In this document: positions 1 to 8,327 of the stretch, one piece after another
Layout: each line of letters opens with the position of its first letter
Position numbering within the stretch: position 1 is the stretch's first letter
NCBI GenBank assembly: GCA_016296345.1
Contig: JAEDJL010000003.1
Coordinates: forward strand, 4,555-68,554
Direction: 5' to 3'
DNA: 64,000 nt
Source: Bacteroidales bacterium
GTDB lineage: Bacteria > Bacteroidota > Bacteroidia > Bacteroidales > P3
The notes under the pieces: model-generated
What the model saw: only the letters and a program-made list of their open reading frames with translations
What the model was told of the DNA's origin: nothing
Database searches by the model: none
Position numbers and translations under genes: made by a program

Positions 1-247
1 AACCAATCCTCAAACCCGTATAAGACCCCGGACCGATTGAAAGAGCGACCGCAACAATATCGCCATAGCTCACACCATTGTCTTTCAACAGACAATCAAT
101 CAACACATTCAGCATTGCAGAATGAGAATTTGGCACATCGCTCTCTTTGAAAGCCACAACCCTGTTGTCAAGCGACAAAGCCACCGAACAAATCGAAGTT
201 GCAGTCTCAATCAACAGCATATAACCATCACAAGTCTTCTTTTCCAT
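1..247 (-). CDS. tsaB: tRNA t6A37 biosynthesis protein TsaB (YeaZ family), N-terminal part; gene runs off the left edge
   Basis: Manual minus-strand translation from ATG (CAT at 245-247): MEKKTCDGYMLLIETATSICSVALSLDNRVVAFKESDVPNSHSAMLNVLIDCLLKDNGVSYGDIVAVALSIGPGSYTGLRIG. The ETAT..CSVAL and GPGSYTGLRIG motifs are typical of TsaB/YeaZ. Confidence 0.75.
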   Translation of the reverse strand, partial: MEKKTCDGYMLLIETATSICSVALSLDNRVVAFKESDVPNSHSAMLNVLIDCLLKDNGVSYGDIVAVALSIGPGSYTGLRIG

Positions 248-258
248 TGTTTCAAATC

Positions 259-287
259 AAATAAAACGCCGTTTTGGCGGCAAAATT
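259..287. repeat. Single unit of the AAAACGSCGTTT dispersed repeat family
   Basis: aaataaaacgccgttttggcggcaaaatt lies between the divergent tsaB and tRNA-Leu. It has the same core as the 4-unit arrays elsewhere. Confidence 0.6.
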
Positions 288-330
288 AAAGAAAAAAAGC
301 CAAATAATTGGTCAATTCAAAACTTATTCG

Positions 331-338
331 TAATTTTG
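331..338 (+). promoter_or_regulatory. Bacteroidota -7 promoter box (TAnnTTTG) for tRNA-Leu
   Basis: TAATTTTG is followed by CACTCGCA, 10 nt before the tRNA 5' end. The same TTTGCACTCGCA string precedes the second tRNA at 41105-41116. Confidence 0.6.
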
Positions 339-348
339 CACTCGCAAA

Positions 349-432
349 GCCCGAGTGGTGGAATTGGTAGACACGCCACTTTGAGGGGGTGGTGTCGGTT
401 TCGACGTGCAAGTTCAAGTCTTGTCTCGGGTA
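349..432 (+). tRNA. tRNA-Leu (anticodon GAG), class II with long variable arm
   Basis: Hand-folded cloverleaf. Acceptor GCCCGAG/CTCGGGT, anticodon stem CCACT/GGTGG with loop TTGAGGG (GAG at positions 34-36), long variable arm, T arm GCAAG-TTCAAGT-CTTGT, discriminator A. No encoded CCA. Confidence 0.9.
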
Positions 433-453
433 CATTTTTCATGGTATTTATTG

Positions 454-487
454 AAACGCTTGTGTCTTTCGACCAAGCGTTTTTTTG
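454..487 (+). terminator. Rho-independent terminator after tRNA-Leu
   Basis: Stem AAACGCTTG (454-462) pairs with CAAGCGTTT (474-482), followed by a T run. Confidence 0.7.
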
Positions 488-505
488 TATCTTTTGTTTG
501 GAGTT

Positions 506-1114
506 ATGATTACTTACGGCGATTTTTTGGAACAAAAACAGATTGACACAATTGTGCGAACCATCGAAGCAGGTGGCATAATCATCATTCCCACAGATAG
601 TTTCTATTGTTTCGTTTGCGACATCAACAATCACAAAGCCGCTCAGAGGCTTGCAAGTCTTAAAAACAAAAAAATAGAAAAGGCAAGCTTTTCAATCCTT
701 TGCAGTAACATTTCTCAGGCTTCCGAATACACCAAACCTCTTACCAAGGAACAATTCATCACCTTGAAGAAAAACACTCCCGGAGCCTTCACTTTTATCT
801 TTCAAGCCTCAAACAAAGTACCCAAAATCTTCCTCACAAAAAAGCGAACCATAGGAATAAGAATACCAAACTGCAAGATAGCAACCCAAATTGCCGAAGC
901 AATGCAGCGACCGCTGCTCATAAGCTCTGTAAACCACCTTTGCCAAGAAGAAGACGACTATGCAAACGGAGAACTTCTCGAAGAAAAATACATTCATGAC
1001 GTGGAATTTGTCGTAGAGAGCGACATACCCTCACATCTGCCCTCAACAGTTGTCGATTATACCGACCAAGAACCGCAAATCGTACGTCAAGGAATGGCAA
1101 CTCTCGAACTATGA
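506..1114 (+). CDS. tsaC: L-threonylcarbamoyladenylate synthase, TsaC/YrdC/Sua5 family
   Basis: First ATG of ORF 485..1114. IIIIPTDSFYCFVCD, KNKKIEKASFSIL, GAFTFIF, IGIRIP and STVVDYT..PQIVRQG match the YrdC-domain pattern. Confidence 0.85.
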   Translation: MITYGDFLEQKQIDTIVRTIEAGGIIIIPTDSFYCFVCDINNHKAAQRLASLKNKKIEKASFSILCSNISQASEYTKPLTKEQFITLKKNTPGAFTFIFQASNKVPKIFLTKKRTIGIRIPNCKIATQIAEAMQRPLLISSVNHLCQEEDDYANGELLEEKYIHDVEFVVESDIPSHLPSTVVDYTDQEPQIVRQGMATLEL

Positions 1115-2448
1115 GAACAAGTCTTCTGTTTATACTCCTAATCTGCCCTCTTGCAAGTATGTCTCAAATAAAGAACTTGCAAGATATTGCAATGGAGTAT
1201 GTGAAAGGCGGACAATTCAAGCAGGCAACAGAATTTATTTCACAGACAGAGCAACTTGACGCCGACAGTGCAGAAGCCCTTCTGACAATCAAGGCATATT
1301 GTTACTACAAGCTAAGAAACAACAAAGAAGCACGCCAAACCCTTGCAACAATAGAAAGTTACGACATATCCACACCCGAAAGCGACATACTGAACCTACA
1401 TTACATCAACACAGACAAGGACTTCAACCTGCTCAAAGAGCGAAGCACAGAACTCTTGGAGCAAGACCCTCAAGTGTTTTACAACTCTCTGAAAATCCTT
1501 TCCGAAAAAGACCTCCGCAACATGGCGCAAAACTTGGAAAACAACATCAACACACTTGACGAAGACGAAGTTTTCGGCAACAAAACAGCCCTTGCAGTCA
1601 TGTACTTTGCCCTTTCGGACTACTCTCGCTGCTACAACGCACTCTCAAATGCCATAGAAGACTACCCGACAGGCTTTTCATATTATATGATGGGTAAGAT
1701 AAAAACACAAACGCAAGAATACATCTCGGCAACAGCCTACTTCAACCAAGCCGAAGCAGCAAATTTCAAAACCCTTTCGCTCTACAAAGACCGCAGCACG
1801 GCAAAAGGTCTCGGACAAGACTACAAAGGAGCGATAGAAGACCTTGATATATGCCTGCAATATGAACCCTCGGCAGAGTTATACTACCTCAGGGCAACCG
1901 CATACACCGCCTTGATGGAATACACACAAGCTCTGCAAGACATAAACACCGCCATATCAATCGAAGACACCGTTGCACAATACCACAATCAGAAAGGAAT
2001 AATCCAAACCAACATAGGAAATTATGCAGAAGCCATAATGGACTTTCAAACCGCCATGAGGCTGAACCCGAACCTCAACTACATTGACAACAATCTTGCA
2101 ATAGCACTCGAAAAAGCAGGATTTACCGAGCAAGCCGTGGCACATTACCAAAAGAGCATCAAACGCCACCCCGACCATGCCGACAGTTACTTCAACCTCG
2201 GCAGGATTGCATACGACAAAGGCAACTACAAGCAAGCCGCAAAGCTGCTGTTGAGAGCCAACGACCTCAATCCACGCTATGCAGACACCCAATACCTGTT
2301 GGGAATGGCATACATAAAAATCGGAAAAGCCGACCAAGGCTGCTTCTATCTCAACATGGCACAAGAAAACGGCAGCCAGCAAGCCTCACAAGCCATACAA
2401 ACCCACTGCAACGCCAATCCCGAACCCCAAACTCCCGAAAAATATTAA
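1111..2448 (+). CDS. Secreted tetratricopeptide-repeat (TPR) protein
   Basis: 445-aa ORF with an N-terminal signal-like segment (LLFILLICPLASMSQ). Multiple TPR-like A..Y..A....P.. repeats in the C-terminal half. The ATGA overlap with tsaC suggests co-transcription. Confidence 0.75.
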   Translation: MRTSLLFILLICPLASMSQIKNLQDIAMEYVKGGQFKQATEFISQTEQLDADSAEALLTIKAYCYYKLRNNKEARQTLATIESYDISTPESDILNLHYINTDKDFNLLKERSTELLEQDPQVFYNSLKILSEKDLRNMAQNLENNINTLDEDEVFGNKTALAVMYFALSDYSRCYNALSNAIEDYPTGFSYYMMGKIKTQTQEYISATAYFNQAEAANFKTLSLYKDRSTAKGLGQDYKGAIEDLDICLQYEPSAELYYLRATAYTALMEYTQALQDINTAISIEDTVAQYHNQKGIIQTNIGNYAEAIMDFQTAMRLNPNLNYIDNNLAIALEKAGFTEQAVAHYQKSIKRHPDHADSYFNLGRIAYDKGNYKQAAKLLLRANDLNPRYADTQYLLGMAYIKIGKADQGCFYLNMAQENGSQQASQAIQTHCNANPEPQTPEKY

Positions 2449-2469
2449 ATCAAACTACCATTAAAATAC

Positions 2470-3345
2470 CTACCACGGCACTCCATAATCGCAACACGCA
2501 GTTTCTGACAAATGCAAAACCGTATTGTCGGGAATGATGTTTGCTTTTATCAGCTTGTTTTGGTAAGTGTGTCTTATGGAAGGGCTTTCCAATTCTTCTC
2601 TTCTTGCTTTTGCCATATCCAAATACTCTTGCTCTTTTTCCAAGCCAAGAAATCTTCTCCCCAAAAGGCTTGCTGCCACACCGGTTGTGCCACTTCCGCA
2701 AAAGGGATCAAGTATCCACTCGTTTTCTCTTGTGCTTGCCTGAATGATACGAGATAACAGGGCAAGAGGTTTTTGTGTCGGGTGCTTGCCTTGCGATTTT
2801 TCCCAAGTTGAAACAGCCGACAGTTTCCACACATCGGTCATTTGTTTTCCATAGTTGAGACTTTTCATCAACCGGTAGTCGTAATAATGTGGTACTTTGG
2901 CATCTTTTCTTGCCCAAATCACAAATTCGGTCGAGTGAGTGAAGTATCGGCAAGATATATTGGGAGGTGGATTGGTTTTTACCCAAGTAATTATGTTCAA
3001 TATCTTAAATCCGAGAGCTGTCAGTTGTTGTTGAACGCTGAAAATGTTATGATGAGTTCCGCAAATCCAGATTGTACCGCTGTCTTTCAAGTGATTTCTG
3101 CACCTATACAGCCATTCAAAGTTGAAAGTGTCCATATCCGAAACAGAAGTCGGCTTATCCCACTGTCCTTTATCGACACAAACGATTTTTCCTGCATGAC
3201 AGCTTATTCCTCCGCTTGAAAGGAAATACGGAGGGTCTGCAAAAATACAGTCAAACTTGAATTCAAACTCATCAAGTAAAGTTTTACAGTCGCCTTTTAG
3301 CAAAGTAAAATCCCTGTTCTTAGACTTGTAGTAAGAAGTCAGCAT
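2470..3345 (-). CDS. Beta-class DNA N6-adenine methyltransferase (DpnA / M.MboI second-methylase type)
   Basis: Motif IV FADPPYF lies N-terminal and motif I ILDPFCGSGTTG lies C-terminal, which is the beta-class order. Last gene of the M-R-M operon. Its start overlaps the stop of the endonuclease gene by 1 nt (TAATG). Confidence 0.85.
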   Translation of the reverse strand: MLTSYYKSKNRDFTLLKGDCKTLLDEFEFKFDCIFADPPYFLSSGGISCHAGKIVCVDKGQWDKPTSVSDMDTFNFEWLYRCRNHLKDSGTIWICGTHHNIFSVQQQLTALGFKILNIITWVKTNPPPNISCRYFTHSTEFVIWARKDAKVPHYYDYRLMKSLNYGKQMTDVWKLSAVSTWEKSQGKHPTQKPLALLSRIIQASTRENEWILDPFCGSGTTGVAASLLGRRFLGLEKEQEYLDMAKARREELESPSIRHTYQNKLIKANIIPDNTVLHLSETACCDYGVPW

Positions 3346-4175
3346 TATTGCTCTTTCTTTAGCTCATTTATAAAATCAACAAGACTTGTGAAGTTATAAA
3401 CTCGCGGAATGTCCGCATAGGCTTCTGATAATTTTGTTCTCGCAGACCGCCAGCCTCTGCCATCTGTAACCCATACAAATTCAAAACCCTCAACCGAGTT
3501 TATTTTCTCTGCCAATTCTCTGAAAGAACGAGCGACTTCGTTGAGCTTTGAGCCACCCGAATTGAAGAAATTCACCTCTGCAAGAAACGTTGTCCCTTTT
3601 GAGGATACCACAAAGTCGAAACGCTTTTCATCGTCGCCAAGAACCTTTTGCACCTGCTCAAACTCATGAGATGATACTTCGGTTCTATACTTTATACCTT
3701 CGTTTTCAAATCTCTTTGCGAGCAAACGTTCGGTTATGTGTCCGCTTCTGTTTTTTCTTGCATTGGTATCCAAACCTGTTTCTACGCCAAAAACATAATC
3801 TACAAGGTTGTGGATTTCTTCATTTCTGAATACGTCTGCCAATCCTGTCTTTTCGAGAAACTTAATCACGCCCTCAACAGAAGTAAAAAGCGAACAAACC
3901 TTGCAGACTTGCCCGTTGTCGTCAATAAATGTTCTGTTTTCTTTCCTCCTTGTGGCAATCAGTATATCCAAAGCATCAAAAACACTTTTGTCTCTTTGCC
4001 AAAGCAATTCGACAGCCTTTTTCAAGTCTTGCTTTCCCAAAAGATAGTTCAACGAATTGAGGCTTATTTCCACCTGCTCGACATTTGAGCGAATTTTGTC
4101 GAAGTCCGAATAGAAGTCAAGCGACAGATTGCTTTCCAAAAGCTGCGACATAAACTTTTCAAAGTCCTTTTCCAT
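3345..4175 (-). CDS. Type II restriction endonuclease, DpnII/MboI family (predicted GATC)
   Basis: The C-terminal half (NLVDYVFGVETGLDTNARKNRSG ... KRFDFVV ... LAEVNFFNSGGSKLNEVARSF ... FVWVTDGRGW) closely parallels my recollection of the R.DpnII sequence. It is flanked by two methylase genes. Confidence 0.8.
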   Translation of the reverse strand: MEKDFEKFMSQLLESNLSLDFYSDFDKIRSNVEQVEISLNSLNYLLGKQDLKKAVELLWQRDKSVFDALDILIATRRKENRTFIDDNGQVCKVCSLFTSVEGVIKFLEKTGLADVFRNEEIHNLVDYVFGVETGLDTNARKNRSGHITERLLAKRFENEGIKYRTEVSSHEFEQVQKVLGDDEKRFDFVVSSKGTTFLAEVNFFNSGGSKLNEVARSFRELAEKINSVEGFEFVWVTDGRGWRSARTKLSEAYADIPRVYNFTSLVDFINELKKEQ

Positions 4176-4186
4176 ATTTCAAATCT

Positions 4187-5170
4187 TTATTTAAGCATAG
4201 AATACGCTTGTTCTTTTTCTGCAACAAGGCAAGTTTGCACCATTTCGGCAGCATTTTGTGTTTGAGAATAGTTGTATCCGAAGTTTCTCACGAGGATTTC
4301 AGTCAATTTTCCTCGCTTTGAGCCTACGGAATTGATACTTCTCGATGCCAAAACTCTGTGAATGTCATAAGAATGGTACAATTCATCAAAGAAATTATCT
4401 GATTTTACGGCAGCCTTGGGGTCAGAATTGCTCAACATAAAAGTATATCCGGCTTGCGAAACCTTGTCGCAAAATTGTTTAAGCCTCTTTTGCTCCAAAT
4501 CGTCGAAGTCTTCTTTGGAGTAATCGGTAAAAGAAGATGTGCTTGTCAAAGGTCGATATGGCGGATCGAAATAAAAGAAAGTATTTCCCTCGGCTTTCGG
4601 AAATGTTTGTTCAAAATCATCTGTGATTATCTCGACTTTTTGCAATAGTTCGCTGTCTTGCATTATCGTTTCCTTGCAACAAATCTGAGGATTGCGATAC
4701 CTGCCGAAAGGCACGTTGAATTGACCGCTTTTATTGACCCTGTAAAGTCCGTTAAAACAAGTCTTGTTCAGAAAAATAAACAATGTAGTATTCTCAATGT
4801 CAGAAAGATTTTTGCAATTATACCTTTGCCTTGCCTGCAAGAAGTATTCCTTTCGTTTTTCTTCCGTTTCCAAACCAAGATAGCTGCTTTCAAGCTCTTC
4901 AAGAGAGCGTATCAAATCACCGGCATGGTCTCTCACTGTGAGATAACACCTCATCAAATCAGGATTTATGTCATTTATCACAGCAGAATGAATATTTTCA
5001 AAATGCTGAAGCATAAAAAACAACATAGCACCGCCTCCCACAAAAGGTTCTATGTACTTTACCTTCTCCCAACGACAGAAATCTTGTGGCAAAAGGCTGT
5101 TTATCTGTTCGATAAGTTGCGTTTTGCCACCAACCCACTTGATAAAAGGCTTAGCTTTCGGCTTCAACAT
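4187..5170 (-). CDS. Alpha-class Dam-family DNA adenine methyltransferase (DpnM / M.MboIA type)
   Basis: KWVGGKTQLI and motif I EPFVGGGAMLF lie N-terminal, and motif IV FYFDPPYRP lies C-terminal. First gene of the operon. A TATCTTTG box lies about 55 nt upstream on the minus strand. Confidence 0.85.
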   Translation of the reverse strand: MLKPKAKPFIKWVGGKTQLIEQINSLLPQDFCRWEKVKYIEPFVGGGAMLFFMLQHFENIHSAVINDINPDLMRCYLTVRDHAGDLIRSLEELESSYLGLETEEKRKEYFLQARQRYNCKNLSDIENTTLFIFLNKTCFNGLYRVNKSGQFNVPFGRYRNPQICCKETIMQDSELLQKVEIITDDFEQTFPKAEGNTFFYFDPPYRPLTSTSSFTDYSKEDFDDLEQKRLKQFCDKVSQAGYTFMLSNSDPKAAVKSDNFFDELYHSYDIHRVLASRSINSVGSKRGKLTEILVRNFGYNYSQTQNAAEMVQTCLVAEKEQAYSMLK

Positions 5171-5322
5171 ATTGTTATCACTACTTTTGCGTTTGCTATT
5201 GCTTGCATATATCTTTCCTTTTGCAAAGATAGAGATTTTATTTCGACAAGCAAAGTCGGCAAGAGGGTTATTAAAAACTGCTCTTGCCGACTTTGGCTAT
5301 TTTGTTTCTTAATTGAGAGGGG

Positions 5323-5730
5323 TTATTCTTCGTTGTGGTCGTGGTTGCAGCCTTCCGAATGGGTGTGTTCGTGAGAGTGCGAACAGCCGCTGTCAAGTCC
5401 TTTGGCTGTATTCTTGCAACAAGCCGGCAGGTGTTCGATTGCTCGCTTGTTTGCTTGGTGGTGTTCGGTCTCAAAGCCTGCCTTGGCAAGGGCTTTCTCT
5501 ATTTTGTCCTGATTGGTCTTCTTTTCGTTATAGGTAACCAAGACCGATTTTGTTACAGAGTTGATTTGAAAACTCTCCACTCCCCTTTCGTATGCCAAAG
5601 TCTTCTCTATGATTGGGTCAGACTCCGAACAGCAGTATTTGGGAAGCGATATTTGAACTGTAACTTCCTGAGCCATTGCTCCCATTGCTCCGATTAGTGC
5701 AAAGATGCACGCCAAAAATAATTTCTTCAT
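5323..5730 (-). CDS. Secreted heavy-metal-associated (HMA)-like domain protein with a Cys/His-rich tail
   Basis: Signal peptide MKKLFLACIFALIGAMGAMAQ. Ferredoxin-like HMA pattern (VTVQISLPKYCCSES..IEKTL....GVESFQIN...KSVLVTY.....DKIEKALAKAGFE). Tail reads ACCKNTAKGLDSGCSHSHEHTHSEGCNHDHNEE. Confidence 0.7.
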   Translation of the reverse strand: MKKLFLACIFALIGAMGAMAQEVTVQISLPKYCCSESDPIIEKTLAYERGVESFQINSVTKSVLVTYNEKKTNQDKIEKALAKAGFETEHHQANKRAIEHLPACCKNTAKGLDSGCSHSHEHTHSEGCNHDHNEE

Positions 5731-5763
5731 TTGTGTTTGATTTTTTGTTATTTGTACTCCTAT

Positions 5764-5850
5764 TTCTAACTCGCCGTTTTGGCAAAATAAAACGCCGTTT
5801 TATTTCAGCAAAACGCCGTTTCAGTCGGACAAAACGGCGTTTTATTTTGT
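5764..5850. repeat. Four-unit copy of the 21-nt-phased AAAACGSCGTTT composite repeat
   Basis: Core centres at 5774, 5795, 5816 and 5837, exactly 21 nt apart. Units 3 and 4 can pair (aaaacgccgttt / aaacggcgtttt). Confidence 0.9.
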
Positions 5851-5871
5851 CATATCTTCACAACAGCTTAT

Positions 5872-8160
5872 CTACTTGATATTCAGCCTCAATCCAAGAT
5901 AAAACAAACGTCCCATAACGGGTGCATAGACCACCGAAGCGTCAAAGTGTTGTGTGAAAGGTTGGTCTGCACCGAACACAGGGGTGTCTTGCTTGTAGTC
6001 GGTGAGGTTTTCCGCTCCCACATAGACGTCAAAATTCTTGAACTTGCGGGTTATCTGTGCCAACATATAGATATATCCGGGTGCATACTCCTTGTCGTAG
6101 CCCACATTGAGCGGTACTCTCTGCTTTCCGTTGAATTGGGTTGTCAAGTCGAACATCCATTTGTCATACTTGGTCTTGTAGGACAATACAACCAAGCCTT
6201 TCCACTTTGAAACGTAAGGTTTTTGCATCAACTCTCCGTGATAGGTTGTCATAACGTCGTTATACCTTCCTGCCAAGCTGATATTAAATCCCTCCAACGG
6301 CTCTATGTTGATGTCAAGTTGGGCTGCATTGGAATAACTCTTGCCATCGAGGTTATAAAACCACACTTGGTTTGCGTTCTTGTCATAATCCACAACCACC
6401 TGATTGACGAAATTGGTGTGGTAATAGTCCAATGCTATTGACATTTCCCTGTCTCCCCAAATCTTAATGGTTTGTGAAAGGTTCAATCCTCCGTTCCATG
6501 CTTCTTCCATACCGAGTTTCTCTTCTATCTTGATGTCTCTCGAAGATGCAAGCAAGCCAAAGTTGTCTGCAATGAGGTTTGCACTTCTGAAACCCTTGCC
6601 TGCTGCTCCTCGGAATATCAAGTCGTCGGTAATTTTCCAACGAAAATGGAAACGAGGCGTGAAGATGTGTTTCTCATAGAAAGAGTTGTAGTCATATCTC
6701 GCACCGAGAGTAGCCACAAACTTGTTGGCATACTTGAAATTAAACTGACCGAATACACCGGGAACAACTTCCTGTTTGAAGAATTTATCTTTCATTCCCT
6801 CAATGTTTGATTGGAAAACCTCTGAACCAAGATATGGTCGGCTGAAAAGGTCTTCCCTTGTGTCCGAATAGCGGAAACTTGCACCAAAATCAACAGTATG
6901 TCCTGCCCAAATCTCGCTATTTACAAGCACATTGGCATAAACATCGCCCTCAGTGCCTTTGTAGTTGGTCAATCCGTAGTAGGCGTCTTGCTTAAAGTAG
7001 GTTGCAGAGAGCTGAGTGCCGAATGAGGAAGCGTTATTTAGCGGAGCGCCGTTCTTAGTAAAGAAGTGAATGCGGTCGGTTGTGCCTCCGAGACCATAAA
7101 TCGTGCTGTCGCCTCTCATATCCTTGGTAAAGTTCATGTCTCCTCCCACCCTGTCTTCGTGAGTGTAGTTAATCATAGTCTGAGAGCAAATTCCGTTCGG
7201 CACTTCGTACGTCCAGCGGTTTGCAAAGTTGATTTGGGTCTGCTTGGGATAGTCCATAAATCCGTCGCCATGGGGATATCCGTTTCTCGTTCCAAGATGG
7301 TCAAACGCCTTGAAACGATTTGTTGTGGCGTATGCAAAAACGCCTGTGGAGAGATGGTCATTGATTATGAAATTTGCCTTTGCACTCAATTCGCTTTTAA
7401 GCTCATTGTTTACGTAAGCGTTCAAAGAGAACAAGTCTCCTTTGTTTGGCTTTTCGTATTCGAGGTCTATGATTCCCGTAATGGTCTCATAGCCGTGCTT
7501 TACGGTGGCTACGCCTTTGCTTACGGAGATACTCTCCATCCAATTACCGGGAACGTATCCCAAACCGAAAGGTGCGGACAATCCTCTGAGAAATGGCATA
7601 TTTTCTAATAACAGTTGCGAATATACTCCGGTCAATCCCAAGAGCTGAATTTGCTTGCTGCCGCTCACAGCGTCCGAATAGCCCACATCAACCGAAGCAG
7701 AATTTTCAAAACTCTCCCCAAGGTTGCAACAAGCAAGGTGTTTGAGACCCTCAGCCGAGATTATCTCTTTTTGTTCCAAGCTCATTTTGGACATAAAGCT
7801 GCTCTTCATTCTCTCCTTTACCTCAACCACATTGAGCATTTCGGCAGAGAGCTGCATGGCTACCGATATTTCTGTTTTGTTTGCAACTTCCACTGTGTCG
7901 TTTTTGTAACCTGTGAAGCTGAAAACCAACTTTGTGTGTTTGTTGTTCTTTTTCTCTATTTTGAAATTGCCGTCTATGTCGGTGATTGTTCCTCCGCCTC
8001 CCTGCAACCAGTAAACGTTACAGCTCGGAAGGGTTTCCTTTGTCTTGTTGTCAAAAACCTTTCCCGTGATAGTCTGAGCTGCTGCACCGAAGGCAAGAAA
8101 GCACAGCACCGAAAGCATAAAAACTCTTTTGTTCATCATGTTTGATTTGTTTGATTTCAT
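5872..8160 (-). CDS. TonB-dependent outer-membrane receptor with CarboxypepD_reg-like N-terminal domain
   Basis: 762 aa. Signal peptide, ITGKVFDNKTKETLPSCNVYW (CarboxypepD_reg-like), plug and barrel regions, and a C-terminal aromatic-rich barrel end (GRLFYLGLRLNIK). The true start may be one of the internal Met codons 7-9. Confidence 0.85.
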   Translation of the reverse strand: MKSNKSNMMNKRVFMLSVLCFLAFGAAAQTITGKVFDNKTKETLPSCNVYWLQGGGGTITDIDGNFKIEKKNNKHTKLVFSFTGYKNDTVEVANKTEISVAMQLSAEMLNVVEVKERMKSSFMSKMSLEQKEIISAEGLKHLACCNLGESFENSASVDVGYSDAVSGSKQIQLLGLTGVYSQLLLENMPFLRGLSAPFGLGYVPGNWMESISVSKGVATVKHGYETITGIIDLEYEKPNKGDLFSLNAYVNNELKSELSAKANFIINDHLSTGVFAYATTNRFKAFDHLGTRNGYPHGDGFMDYPKQTQINFANRWTYEVPNGICSQTMINYTHEDRVGGDMNFTKDMRGDSTIYGLGGTTDRIHFFTKNGAPLNNASSFGTQLSATYFKQDAYYGLTNYKGTEGDVYANVLVNSEIWAGHTVDFGASFRYSDTREDLFSRPYLGSEVFQSNIEGMKDKFFKQEVVPGVFGQFNFKYANKFVATLGARYDYNSFYEKHIFTPRFHFRWKITDDLIFRGAAGKGFRSANLIADNFGLLASSRDIKIEEKLGMEEAWNGGLNLSQTIKIWGDREMSIALDYYHTNFVNQVVVDYDKNANQVWFYNLDGKSYSNAAQLDINIEPLEGFNISLAGRYNDVMTTYHGELMQKPYVSKWKGLVVLSYKTKYDKWMFDLTTQFNGKQRVPLNVGYDKEYAPGYIYMLAQITRKFKNFDVYVGAENLTDYKQDTPVFGADQPFTQHFDASVVYAPVMGRLFYLGLRLNIK

Positions 8161-8190
8161 ACCTTAGACACCCCTTTTGAGGATACCTTA

Positions 8191-8278
8191 CAACAAAACG
8201 CCGTTTCAGCGAAATAAAACGGCGTTTTGTTCTGCTGAAACGCCGATTTATTTTACCAAAACGGCGTTTCATTTTACC
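8191..8278. repeat. Four-unit copy of the 21-nt-phased composite repeat
   Basis: Core centres at 8201, 8222, 8243 and 8264, exactly 21 nt apart. Central base alternates C/G. Confidence 0.9.
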
Positions 8279-8327
8279 AACTTCTTATTTTCTTATTTTC
8301 AATCGAATAGATAGAGTATTTTATCTT

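Noticed and set aside
5764-5850. Possibility that the 21-nt-period arrays are CRISPR arrays
   Set aside because: Each unit totals only 21 nt, with about 9-nt spacers that are themselves conserved. Arrays have only 4 units and are scattered at many loci. No cas genes or leader are present.
8051-8272. ORFs rich in KRRF/RRF motifs (also 5676..5879, 14030..14248, 18898..19137, 19036..19143, 34021..34233, 42198..42551, 46102..46605)
   Set aside because: They are translations of the AAAACGSCGTTT repeat arrays (aaa cgc cgt ttt = K R R F). They have no independent start or promoter context, and they overlap real genes or intergenic repeats.
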